Assembly (NCBI GenBank): GCA_965153455.1
Contig: OZ234493.1
Coordinates: 22,372,213 to 22,436,212, forward strand
Direction: 5' to 3'
Origin: Sphagnum compactum
Taxonomy: Eukaryota
DNA length: 64,000 bases
Shown here: one piece after another, positions 39,830 through 52,300 of the stretch
Layout of the letters: each line of letters begins with the position of its first letter
Numbering within the stretch: the stretch's first letter is position 1
Program-made: the position numbers and the translations under genes
Notes under the pieces: model-generated
What the model saw: only the letters and a program-made list of their open reading frames with translations
Told to the model about the DNA's origin: nothing
Databases searched by the model: none

Positions 39830-41760
39830 AAACCTCCCTCTTTAGTTGAAATTTCATTATCCTCCATCAAGTTTTCCTCATGGAGTTAATGAAAGTAGAA
39901 ATAAAAAACTCTTCACCTCCCAAATAATTGAAATGAATATCATTGGGCCAATTTTTGGCAATCATCACAAGACATTGTAAGTTTTCACCTGCAACTTTAG
40001 ATTGATGGAAACTTGTGATCACATCTACGATACTAAAATCCTTTCAATCTCAATTTGAAATCTTGACAATACCTAGCACTTGATGTGCTAAAAATGAAAC
40101 ATTCAAAAATGGAATTTCATGTGTTGCCCACCACAAGAAAGGGTTTTTAGCTTCTAATGGGCTGACATCTAAAAGGTGAAAAAGACAACTACAACTCATT
40201 TTTCATAATAAAGAAGATAACATCATCATTGGAAATGGCTTGACCAAAGAAATCATTTTCCTTGTGATTGTTTACTTTGCCAACTTCTACATCAACATGA
40301 TTTAAATGATAATAAAATGTAATAACATGCGCAACACTGTTTTTTGATCATATTCTTGAACCATTGCTTATGCCTCATAAACATTTCCCACAAACTCTCA
40401 AATGGTTTTCAAGCTTTTGAATCAAGGGTTTGGCATGATATTTAACATATTATGAGCCCTAGTAGGGTATGGCTAGTAGTAAAAGCAAGGAAAAGGACTA
40501 GAATGTTAACCACCTAGTTCAACAAACTTAACTTGAAAGCAAAAAGTTCCAATTTAAAATTTCCTTAAATGAAGACCAGAGTATCAACTTAAATCAATTG
40601 GACCCAATGAAGACCGTGAAGACTTGCAAGAATATAAACATCTTCATGAGTGTTTTCAATGTTTGGGGAAGAAAACTTACAAAAATACAAACATTTTTCC
40701 ATTCCTACAACCATTTTGTTGATTTTTTTGTCCACATTATGGTCTTTTGGAATGCCACTTATGATTTTTCAAACACACCTTCGTCATGCCTTGACATATT
40801 TTGGAATCATCTTTGGCATATTGGGTAGGCTTTGACATAATATGCCTGAAACAACACCCAACAAAACGGCTAACCGACTTGAAGGAAAAACAAGACATTA
40901 CTAAAGTTAGAGTAATGGAAAAGGATGCAAGGTTAGAACCCTCATCCTTCATGTATGCAATAAACCAAAAGACCCCCAATAACCCCTTCACTTGTTTTGC
41001 CATATAAACACATGAGGTATTTTGCACTTCAAAATAGTGCAATTGCTATTTGATTTGGATGCCATGCATTATAAATAAAATTCACCACCATTGCAAATAT
41101 GTCATAGCCCACATGTGACATCCATAAGTCAAATGAAGCTATGCAAGAAACATGTCAAACCAAAGCTAGAAACACATGAACCTCCATAGTTTTTGTTACA
41201 ATATCAAGCAAAACTTCTTTCACTAATTGGTGACGAGATGGAAACACAACTATGCCATTTTGATGCATAACTAGTCGTGTCAACCATGGATTTTTCTATT
41301 GAAGAGAAAAGGTGATACCCTTTAGTCAAGAATGGTTTTTGAGCATGGTCATTTTTAGAATATGGCACCTTATTCCCAACAAATGTAGTAATTTTAGACG
41401 ACATTATACCTTTTTGCTTCTTGTGTTTTTGTCAATCTTCAAACATAAAACTCTTTTTTTTGTTGTTTTAAAACATAGGCCCCCACTCTTAACCGCCTCC
41501 TCCACATGATCATGTGCAACATGTTTGCTTATAGTAAAGATACCATTTTCCTTGTTGTATGCGATGAGTCCTTTAATGGGGATTTTTCTATCATTTAATG
41601 CATGAACATTAGTTTGTCTCAAATGACATATAACGCATCAAAGTTGTTGTGGATTACATGAAGTTGCAACCCCACCATTGTTTGGCACAAAAAAATGCCC
41701 ATAAACTTGTATTATGGTGGTGAGGTGCCACTATAATTTGATTAATTTGGAATAATGGAA
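39830..41760 (-). mobile_element. Decayed hAT transposase relic
   Basis: Fragments include SLWAFF and KGLIAYNKENGIFTISKHVAHDH (BED-like region), an SFDLWMS-like stretch at about 41130, IAYMKDEGSNL, CFRHIMSK, and the dimerisation motif KNPFLWWATHEIPFLNVSFLAHQVLGI at about 40070-40150. Confidence 0.82.
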
Positions 41761-43759
41761 ATAATTGTTCCCACACTACATCCACTTTAATGTTTAATGC
41801 TCCTTTTAAATTGCCATCAATAACAAAAACTTTGAGGTCAAATTCTAATTTGATGGTTATGTTGTCATATATGGAAATCAAATAGGTTTGGCTAATTGAA
41901 ACCATAAAATTTGCAAATTGAAAATAATTGAACCCTTCATCATTTATCATGTGCCAATGCAATGCCATCAACAAGGCCTTCAACTTGTAAATAATTAACA
42001 ATGTTTAAATAACAAACATTCAATATCAAGGTTTCTTTTTCTTGAATTTTTTTCATATTGTGGTAACAATTAATTTTGGAAATGTTTTTAGGTTTTTGGG
42101 TTTTTAGCGCAAATTTGACTAAAATTGGTGTTCTTTTACATATGTTGCCATTTTTTCAACCTCACAAAATTGAAAAAAATCCCCATTCATGAACTAGTTG
42201 AAACAGTTCTTAATAGTACCTTTTGGTTCATTATTCTTTTAACTCATGACACCATAAATCCATACCATCAAACTAATGGAAAAAGAAGAGCAAATCCTTT
42301 AGTTGCAACCTCTAGTAGACTTTAACAACTTTTCAACTACACCATTTCCTTTATGTGCCCATGTGTATATTGTTGCCTCCCAAGGTAAAGTTTTAAATTT
42401 TTTTTATAATATTTGTTATGCCTTTAACATTTGCAAAACAAGTTGCCTCTCCATCAAAGTTTTGAGATCAATTGAATGATTGTTTGAAAAAATAAATTTC
42501 ATAGAAGACAAATGAAAGGGACAAAAATAAATCTAAAGAAAAATAATTTCTTTAAAAAAAATCCAAATACTTGACATATGTTTCAAATAATTGAAAAATT
42601 AAAAAAATTAAAAAAGAATTCCAAAGGAAAGGTGTTTGCAAACAAAATTGCACCTTAGTTTGTCCAATGACATTTGGAAGCAACAATGGATCTTTTTAGG
42701 TCATTTGCTACTAGTTATGAAAGAAAGACAAAAAAAAATTAATGGTTTCAACATCTTTCCCTCTTTCTTAATAAATTGAACAATGTTGTAAAAAACCAAT
42801 TGGAATAATGTATGTATATCTTTTTTTCTTTGCAAGAAAAATTAATCAAGAACGATGAGTTCAATGCTCTAAAAAACAAGCTACAACCATCTTTGGTGCA
42901 CATGGAACAAAAGAAAAGAAAAACTAAGCAAGAAAATTACCTTTGTGTAAAGACAAAAACAAATTTGAAATACTTTTTTTTCAATCAATCCTCATTGGCC
43001 TTGCTTCATTTGAATAGAAAGGCTTAAAGAATTTGCGACTATAGGAACAAGCAACTTGCAAAGAAACTCTAAACCCTAACCATATTTCATTGTACAAGAA
43101 CCCGAACTTTCAAATTTTGAAGTGAAACCATTGGAATAGTATTAAAGCACTACTTCTCATGGGGTGAAAACCCCTAGTTAAGTTCCAAACTAGGTTTTGT
43201 CAAACTAAAATTTTCACAATTCGAATTCCAACACGATTTTCTTCATTTTAGTAACTTGCGGTTAGAGTAACCGAGAATTAGATTCGAAATCAACTAAATT
43301 TCAAGAATTGGTCAACATTGGTATATATTGATGTTGATACATTTCTTGGTTTGTATTGTTTAACATGGGGTTCAAAATTAGGTTTTTGTGCCTTGAACCC
43401 CAAACCAACACCTCTTTTGGTGGAAAATACTAGAATTGGACTAGTTTAATTAAAAATGGAATTAAAATCACAATCATGAAAAACAACTCTTGAACACAAT
43501 TTCATGTTCTTTAGGTGAGCAAGTTGTAAATTTTATTTTTTTAAAAGTTCACACATAGGTTGAACTTATATGCAAATGATTTGTTTTTGAATTAGTTATG
43601 AAATTTCATACCTCTACAATCTCCAAGTTTGATATGTTTTAAAAACTCTCTAACTATACAATCTCCACATAACATGGAACTGGACCTGGTTCTTGAAGCA
43701 GCCAGATCCAAGTTCAATGTTCAAACCCATAACCCGAGAACCTGCCAAACAAACAGTCT

Positions 43760-43989
43760 GCCAGAAAAGAGTGTAACATTCATGAATTGACTGTTGCTCC
43801 CTATTGCTGATTGGCCCATCCTAATGATTGGTCCAGGTGGTTTGCTATTAGTACTTCTTCCCCCCCCACCTATTTGGTGTCCCTGGTTTCAGTTTTATGG
43901 GTGGGGTTGCAGAAAAGTGAAAAAAAGTAAACTTGGATGTGAAAAATATTTTTGCATGGTCACATACTGAGCACCATTGGAGATGCCTC
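43760..43989. mobile_element. Truncated copy of the Tourist-like MITE
   Basis: Shares ATGATTGGTCC.GGTGGTT, TTTCAGTTTTATGG, AAACTTGGATGTGA and GTCACATACT.AGCAC..TGGAGATGC with the right half of 22703-23099. The left TIR was not found. Confidence 0.8.
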
Positions 43990-44499
43990 TTGGATTCAAC
44001 AAGTTCTCTTTCTCCACTTTTACCTTCCTTTTCACGGAGGAGAAGAGAATAATTCTCAAGACGTTGTTGTCGGAACTTGCTGAAACGAGTTGAAGCGATT
44101 GGGTTACCATTGTATAATAGTACTCGTGCTTTTATTTCTTTAATTATTTTTTGACCTGAAAAATATGATTTCGGCACATGTAGAAAGGATTAAAAAAACG
44201 AAAGACCCTAATTATTTGCCAGATTTTTTCTAATTCTTTTATTAAGTATTTTTTGAGGTAGTCAAAATATAAAAGTATTCTTGATTTTTTAATACTTTCA
44301 TATCTAGTCTGTAACCAAATTTGGCTAAGTCTTCTTGTGGACGATTGCCAATTTGGCTACATCACAACATTGATAAAAAACAAACCTGCATTGCACATTC
44401 AAAATTTGTATGGAGCCCAACTTAGTATAGTTTACTGTCAAAATTCTGAGAATTTCAAAATTGGGTGCAGTTGGACCCTTTTTTGAATTTATTTTTGGG

Positions 44500-44840
44500 G
44501 CAAAACCTAAACCTAGCGATTATCAGTGGAAGGGTATGGTATCTAACATTTCGGCAAAACCTAAACCTATCGATTATCAGTGGAAGGGTATGGTATCTAA
44601 CATTTCAGCAAAACCTAAACCTATCGATTATCAGTGGAAGGGTATGGTATCTAATATTTTGGCAAAACCTAAACCTATCAATTATCAGTGGTAGGTAGGG
44701 TACATAACAATTTTGGCAAAACCTAAACCTATTGTTTATCAGTGGAAGGTACGGTATATAACATTTTGGCAAAACCTAAACCCATCGAGTATCAGTGGCA
44801 GGTACGGGATATAATATTTTTGGCTAAAACCTAAACCTAT
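44500..44840. repeat. 54-bp minisatellite, about 6.3 copies
   Basis: Unit GCAAAACCTAAACCTATCGATTATCAGTGGAAGGGTATGGTATCTAACATTTTG. CAAAACC starts at 44501, 44555, 44609, 44663, 44717 and 44770. Confidence 0.96.
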
Positions 44841-47800
44841 GGAGTTGTTACCCCTACACAAAAGCTCTTGAGAGAGAGAGAGAGAGAACAAAAAAACATG
44901 ACCAACAAGACCAAGACTGGAAACCAACTCCAACTTCACAGCTGGAGATTTCTGGCAATAGCTGCTATCCTAAGTACATACACCTAATACTACAACAACA
45001 ACAACAACATACTACTTTGTGGGTGGGTGACATGGGGTTGTGGGGAATTAGGGTTAGGGTTAGAGTGTTGTGAGGAAGGGCTATTTGTCCCAGGCCAAAA
45101 AGAGTGGCAACCAATATTAGGAATAATAGAATGGAATAACCAACCAACCAACACTTTGGAGATGTACCAAAGTTATCTATCATCCATAAAGTACCTCAAC
45201 AAAACTGGAACCCTTGAATTGGGGGGTCATTGGACTGCAGCAGTTTTGGCAAAACTGGGGATGAAATTCAAAGTTGGAATGAAAACAGTGCAAATGGGGG
45301 AAGAAAAAGAGGGCATCAAACTGGGTTGTCTCATTTAAAATTGGTTCTCACATGAGTTTCATTGTCCAGTTTTGGATTTGCATTACACATGTGTATGTGC
45401 CATTTCATCGGCCTTCATACTCACTCTTCCTTGAATGAAATCCTGCAAATCTTGTGAACAGATAGATATACATACCCAGTTTCACTCATGTTACAACGGT
45501 GGCTAGGGTCAAATTGGGAATGAAAGGGGGATTACAGGCTCAAACTAGGGCCCAAAGACAGGATGATTTTACGGATAACTCTATTAGTTTATAAAACTCT
45601 TGACGGCTTATTTACTTACGGGCTGGTTTTGTAGAAACTTTTTAACCCATTGTTGTCGTCTTCTTCAGATTTTAGCAATCGGTTATTTTTGGGGGGGGGG
45701 GGTGGAGCTGGGGAGGTGGAACTTTAGAACCTTGTTTTGTGCTACATGGTCGAGACAACTGTCTCCTCGTTGTTCCTTTTTTTGAGGTGGATTTTTTGGG
45801 GTTTACAAGGAAGCTCATTGTTATATTATATATTGTAAAGGACGTCGTGAAGCTTCCCCTTCATCCGTCCCATCATCCATCCCATCATCCAACCGGACGA
45901 ACATTTCATCCATCCTGTCATCCAACCTCGGAGATACGGAAGGTGGGTTGGCCTCAATACCTTAGGTTGAACTCATGACCCGCACGGTATGACAATTTAC
46001 TTATTATTGTTACCTATTGGAAGGAAGGAGCTCCCCACCAATTATAGTAGGGTTGGAAGTTGGCACTTCCGAGTTTCAAAAGCCCACACACACACATCGG
46101 GCTCCCCCCACATGTTTTTGGATCTCAAATACGGACTGCACTGGACAGGATGGAATGACAAATCTTGACAAATTTGCAAGGCAGAAGAGTTTGGATTTAG
46201 CTTTGTATAATATTCATAATTATAGCACCAAAAGCACGACACACAGTTGGGTATCATTAATTTAAAAGACGACAAAGTCAAGCTCAAACACCACACACTT
46301 CCCACATTCTATCAATATAATAAGATACTCGCCTTAAAAGAATTGTTTTTCACAAAAGTCTCTTTGAAAGGTATTTGATGTCAAGACGTGTATAAACCTC
46401 TGAAAACCCAATAAGTTTTCTCTTTGAGAGCTATAGCCTATATTGTGAGCTTTTTTATTGAGCTGGTTACAAACAACCCTTCATAAGCAATAGAGTTATA
46501 CATAAAGTCACGCAATCAAGACACAAGAATGATCAGTTTCAGCATATTACGGCATCAAACACGGAACTGGGAATGAATGAAAATTTTACAAAACGAAATA
46601 ACTGGGACCCAAACTAGTTTTTCCAGCAATTTGGGTGGTAAACTGAGTTTTATCATGTCTTGTCTTTTCCGAATTTTATAGTGTCTTTGCTACATATATT
46701 TTCCTTCCAGTGCTCCTACCTGTAGAACTATGACTATAATTACTCTCAAACCTTGTGCATGAATTGCTTACTTACTTTGCGGTTTTCACTGAAAGAGGGG
46801 ATAGGGGGTGAAAGCAGGCCCAAAGACAGGGTGATGTTATCGATGATAACTCTAATGTGGTAATGCCCTGGCAAACAGTTCATTACACCCTGTGAACTGA
46901 GGCCAGAAGTGATTGATTCCGTGTACCCAGAAAAAATTAGAAACCCTAAAGTTGTCATATCCCATTTGAGAGAAAGGAATATGGCTTGGATCTCATCCGA
47001 TTACTTACTACTTTTGGATGACAAGTCATCCAACACCCCTAAGAATCACACTAGATACAAGAGATGAATGAAACTTTTGCGGAGTTATTAGTTAGTTGTC
47101 TATCGAATGTGCCGTAAAATGAAATGTTCCAATTTTTGACTGGGGTAGGCTCTATTCAGGCTTCCGTACTTCTTACGAATAGGTAAAGTAGTCTGGTCAT
47201 CCAGCCAGCAAAACCCGGAGACAGTTGGTTCTCGAATACAGTTGGTTCTGGGGGGGGGGGGGGGTAGAGGGGGGCGGTGAGAGGAGAGAATTTTTTCCAT
47301 ATTTTGGGAAAGGGTGTTTTTTTCAAGGCAAAAAATGGTAGGGTCTCTTGAAAGGCATGTTCAGTCAGAGTTTCAACAAAAGATGAAAGAAAATGAAAAT
47401 GATACGGACACAGCGCACCAACAACAACAACAACGCACGGTGACCAGGACCGCCCGCTTCCCTTCCCTTCCCTAACCCCACCAATACAACTGTAACCTGG
47501 GAAGCGAAGCCAAGCCTTTACCCGTCTCACTCAATACAAGGCTGGAGCCAGGCTGTCTATTACCTCTTCTTCGGGCAAAGCTAGCTAGCTCGCTCGCTTG
47601 GATGCTTTTATATACATTCGCTTAGCTGTTGCTTCCTCATCTCCGAGATGCCTTTTACGATGTTGTATGTACCCTACGCATGACCACTTTGGCACCACTT
47701 TGGCCCACTTTGGGCCTAGTTCGACACTCACAACTTATTTTGGCAAAAGCTGACTTGACTACGTAATTGAAGGAAGGATCCCCCCCCCCCCCCCTAGGTA

Positions 47801-48357
47801 ATTTCATTCTAGCTTACCATATTGCTTTCATCCACATTCATCCATTCATCCGTCCGTCCACCCACCAGCAAATTCCTCATAATTATTTTTTTAAAAACTT
47901 TTGTTTCTGTCGTAGTAATAATCCGAGGAGGAGGAGCCTGTATGTTGTCTGGGATCCATGACATGTAATAGATTGGGTTGTGAACAACAACACTTTTTGC
48001 ATCCACACCAACCGACCGACCAACCAACCGACCCACATCTCCACCTGGCAGAGTTGTTTGTTGGTATGTAATGGTGTACACATATGTATTATGAAATGAT
48101 CGGAATGGAATTTGCATGAATTGGCTTGCCAAGGTTTGGACACTATGTCATGGACCCCAATAAGGCACCGATGGAAAGACTACATCCGTAGAGAGGGGCC
48201 ATCCATCCATCCATCCATCCATCCATCCTTACACAAAAATACCTTCACTATTGAACTCCTTTTCGGTTCTTTGTTAAGTACTTGCAGAAAATATTCTAGC
48301 ATGGTTGGAGGGCCATCTAATTTCCGTGAGTATCCCTCCTAGAAAAGAGACACACTC

Positions 48358-48514
48358 TTCTTACACCTATTCCTTAAGAGCGAGTGAGAGAAAATGATCT
48401 TACACCTACAATTAGGTAATAGGAAAAAGATCCCGTGCTTACTTGTAGGAATAAGATCCCATTCTTACTTATAGGTGTGAGATCCCTACCACTCTTAAGG
48501 AATAGGCATAAGAA
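48358..48514. repeat. Fold-back inverted repeat (hairpin)
   Basis: 48358-48380 pairs with 48492-48514 (21/23), and 48396-48411 pairs with 48469-48484 (14/16). Confidence 0.85.
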
Positions 48515-48972
48515 CCTCCCCCTCCTTAGCCTCGTGGGTGAGGGACATTCCCAAAATGTAGGGTTGGAATCAGCTATCGGCTCCTCCTAGGCCCCGTATT
48601 CAGGGAATGCCCCCACCATAGGGCTTTACCCTACATGTAAAGCACTCGTGTGGGCAGGCATTTCATTTTGTGAGACACCCATCGCGTAAGGGTCCGCTTG
48701 TGCTTTAAATTTACTGGGTAAAGCCCTGGGAGCATTGCATATGTGCTCTGGGCTTAGGGCTCTTAGTATGATCCCCTCTTAGATGGGTGTAAAGCTCACT
48801 TTCCTCTCCCTACTTACATTCAATGTAAGTGGAGATATCAAAGTAAGCAAAACTAATGTTGTTGCTAAGTGTGTGAAAAGTCCCAATTCATTGTCCAGTT
48901 CTAATTCCAGTTGCCTGCTTGTAAGTTTTAGCAGGGTGCTATAATTTAGAATGACAAGTGTTTAGAGTGTAA

Positions 48973-49371
48973 GAGCATCTCCAGAGGTGCTGAGTATGTG
49001 AGCTTGCAAAAATTATGTTTCACATCCAAGTTTAGTTATATACTCTTTTGCAACCCCACCCGTAACAAAACTGAAACTGGGACAGCAAATAGATGGGAAA
49101 CTACTAATAGCAAACCACTTGGACCAATCATCATGATGAGCCGATCGGAAGCATTGAGATCATATTTATTACACTCTTTTTGTGCAGGTGCACAGGTTGG
49201 CTGTGGGCCCTCTACCAGCCAGCCACCGCAAACATCCTCGTACCAGCCACCGCAAAGTGTGAGATTTTGCGGAGCCAAAACTATTCTCGTGAGCCAAACC
49301 GGCATGTTTTGACTTTTCTTCATCCAATTTTACTGTGCAGGATGACATACTGAGCACTGCTGGAGATGCTC
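48973..49371. mobile_element. Complete Tourist-like (PIF/Harbinger) MITE, inverted relative to the 22703 copy
   Basis: Perfect TIR GAGCATCTCCAG / CTGGAGATGCTC, subterminal GTGCTGAGTATGT / ACATACTGAGCAC, and TSD TAA/TAA. Confidence 0.93.
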
Positions 49372-52300
49372 TAAGTTGTACTAAGTACCTGGTGAGACAA
49401 AAAGGGGGCCAAAGTCTCTCTCATCCCATTCTAAACTGAAGTGTTTTGGGGGGAGGTTATGTCCACCCTTACATAATAATACAGATATTTCCTTCATATT
49501 TTGTCAAATTGAACAAATTGGAAACAAATTGCATATTATATTATAGTATATTATAGTGAAAATTATACCCAAATATATGTGCCTATGTTCCCAATGAGAT
49601 TGTTACAATGGGTGTCTTGAATTGTTGTTTGTTAACTTGTGTAACGTGACATTTGGTTTGAAGAAAAAGAATTGTGACCAAAATGACATTGTTTGTTCAA
49701 ATGAGCCAAAGTTTTTTTTGCTTCGTAACATGCCTTCCTAATACACAAGGCAGTCATGTGAAAGACGACTTAACCAAATTTGGCTACAAGTTAGAGTGAC
49801 AAGTAGAAAATAAATAAATTAGGAATTCTAATAACTATGGACAAGTGACAAGCTAAGACCTATTGTCTAAATTTGGCCAAATTTTTTCTTTCCTCCTAAA
49901 AACATGGCAAATTGTTTGTTTGTTTGTTAGATTTTGTTTTAAACGAGTCTTTGGGGGCCTCCGTATCCCCACCATTTAGCCACAGCATGACTTGGGAACC
50001 AGCACCACCTACATTGGTACCATGGTAAAAACTCCGATGAGATTGCATCTAACCATGGTATGGTAGACATCCCCTCCAAAACTAAATCAGAGTCTCGGAG
50101 TCCAAAATTTAACATTTCCTGCGTTAAATATGATCACTAAAAATGATTAATTAACTCTTTAGACCATGTCTCTCTTGTTCCCTCACACTTTCCTCTTCTT
50201 TTTCTTGGCTTTCCCCAAACCCCTCTCCCCCCATTCCACCTCGTCTTTCTTTGAAAATAAAGTCTTTGTGGGTTTACTTCAAAAGATGAGTGTGAAAATT
50301 CGTAGATTATGTACATAAAAGAATGTGTAAAATTGTGTTGAACCAAGATGTAAACAAAAGAATCCTCTTATTACTCTTCATGTGCTCCACAATAGTTGGG
50401 ATTTGGGTGCAACACACTCTCAATGCTACTCCGACACTATTACAACATTACGGTATTGTTATTAACCTAAACCCTAAAACCCAAAAATATTCTCCACCTC
50501 CTAGTCACGATTATCATTGTTATTTTGGTCAGAGTTCATGTAGTGTGGTTGCAAGTCCACTACATAATTAAAAAAATGAAAGAATGATCAACCCATATTT
50601 TAATGTAGTGTTTTCTACTAATGCCGTATAATCTCTCTTTCATATATATATATATATCTTTTGGAGGGTGGAAACTTTGGGAAAAATACTTAAGGGGGCT
50701 TGAAACCCATAAATTAGTCCCTACATTGGAGGGGGGGGATTCATAGGTTCCCACTCTTTTCTCCCACCCAAAGAGGAAGTCCTTTGTTGGGAGAAACTAA
50801 TGATGTAATTTTCATGTAGTCCCCACATTTTGAGGAATGTTCACCATGTTCATGATGATACTATTGAGTGTGGAGTTTTAATTTTTGGGAACTTCATGAA
50901 ACATTTCCTAATTGAAATGTTGCTAGTTGGAACTTGTCCTAAGGGGTGATGAGAGTTTCTCCTTCATGAAAGAAGGAAGAAAACTCTAAATAAAGAATTA
51001 TGCAAAAAAATAAATTTACTAACATATATATAAGAGTTTTAGGAAATTAAAGAAGACATAACAATTTAGTCATGTGCTTTTTCTAGCACCATAGTGTGCA
51101 TACAAAGGTTATGGGTATGTGAGGATGAACCCCTAAACTATCATATGTCTAGAGTCTTGATGAATGTTGGTTGGGCGAGTTAGGGTCCAAGTAACCCTTA
51201 TCATATACCACTTTTGGGGTTAAAAAATAGATGTTTATTTTTTTAATTATTTAATTTAGTGATTAAGAAAACTTTCCACATTTTGAAAATACTAAGCTAG
51301 TTTTCAAGGGCAAATCCAACAAGATAATGCACAATCAAATGTTAGAACAAAACATTTAAAGCATTCGATTCATCCTTGTGTACAAATATACATAAACACA
51401 TTTAAAAAACTTTGGATAGCCCAATGAAAGTCAAGTCCAACTCCTATGTAGTCTAACGCTAAGCATTCATACGCATAAAACTTTGCAATTAGAAAAATAA
51501 GTGAAACCGCTGTGTTTAGGATTGATCATCATGTTCATTGGTCTATTGACTCCCATGCACATGCCAATAGATTGGTGAAATTGAAAACATCAAAAGTTCC
51601 AATGACCCAACAACTCGGTGGAAGTGCAAACAACACCCAATTTGAATCTCAATGTAACTTTCTCCAAGGACAAATTCAAGCTGCCCCAAACCCCAAACAC
51701 GGTATTTGGTAGGTGATGCCCAAGACAAAAATCAAATTAATCTTTTGTTAGGATGGTAGTAATGGAGTGTACAACCCCAAAGTTTGTACACACTTGCAAC
51801 AAGTGTGTAATTGGGACCTTAGTTATTAGAAAGGATTATGAAAGTGGACATGGTAAGCAAACTTAAATCATTTTACAATTTGAACTTGCATGTATTGTGT
51901 TTTGATTTTCTTGACAATCTATTGTTAGACATAATGTAGGTGAATCTATCATGGTGATTGTTTGAAAGGTGGTCATGTTTAATTTGTAAGTTAATTTGTA
52001 ATTAAGAAATTGAACCAAACACTTCCATTAGACTATATATGTAATAAAGAAATTTTCTTTGGATGCATTTCCCTTTTAGATTGTTAAAACATAATACAAC
52101 ATTGAAATATGAAAATAACCCTAAACTGACTTCAAAACTATGTAAGAAAATCGGGTCTAACACTCAATTTGCAATTCTAAAAAAATCATAAAACCAGTTT
52201 TGACCCTTAACCAAGGTTCAACAAAATCAAAGAACATACGCTTAACCGTCTGTATTTTGCTGGTTCTTTCAAAAAATTTAAAACCATGGGACCAAACATT

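Noticed and set aside
44461-44698. ORF with an 18-aa repeat (AKPKPIDYQWKGMVSNIS)
   Set aside because: A by-product of the 54-bp unit. It has a non-ATG start, and two frames are equally open.
46790-47040. Possible telomerase RNA (G-rich 5' end, AAACCCTAAA, CACCCCT 3' end)
   Set aside because: No recognisable USE-TATA type-3 promoter or conserved pseudoknot motifs. AAACCCTAA also occurs several other times in the window.
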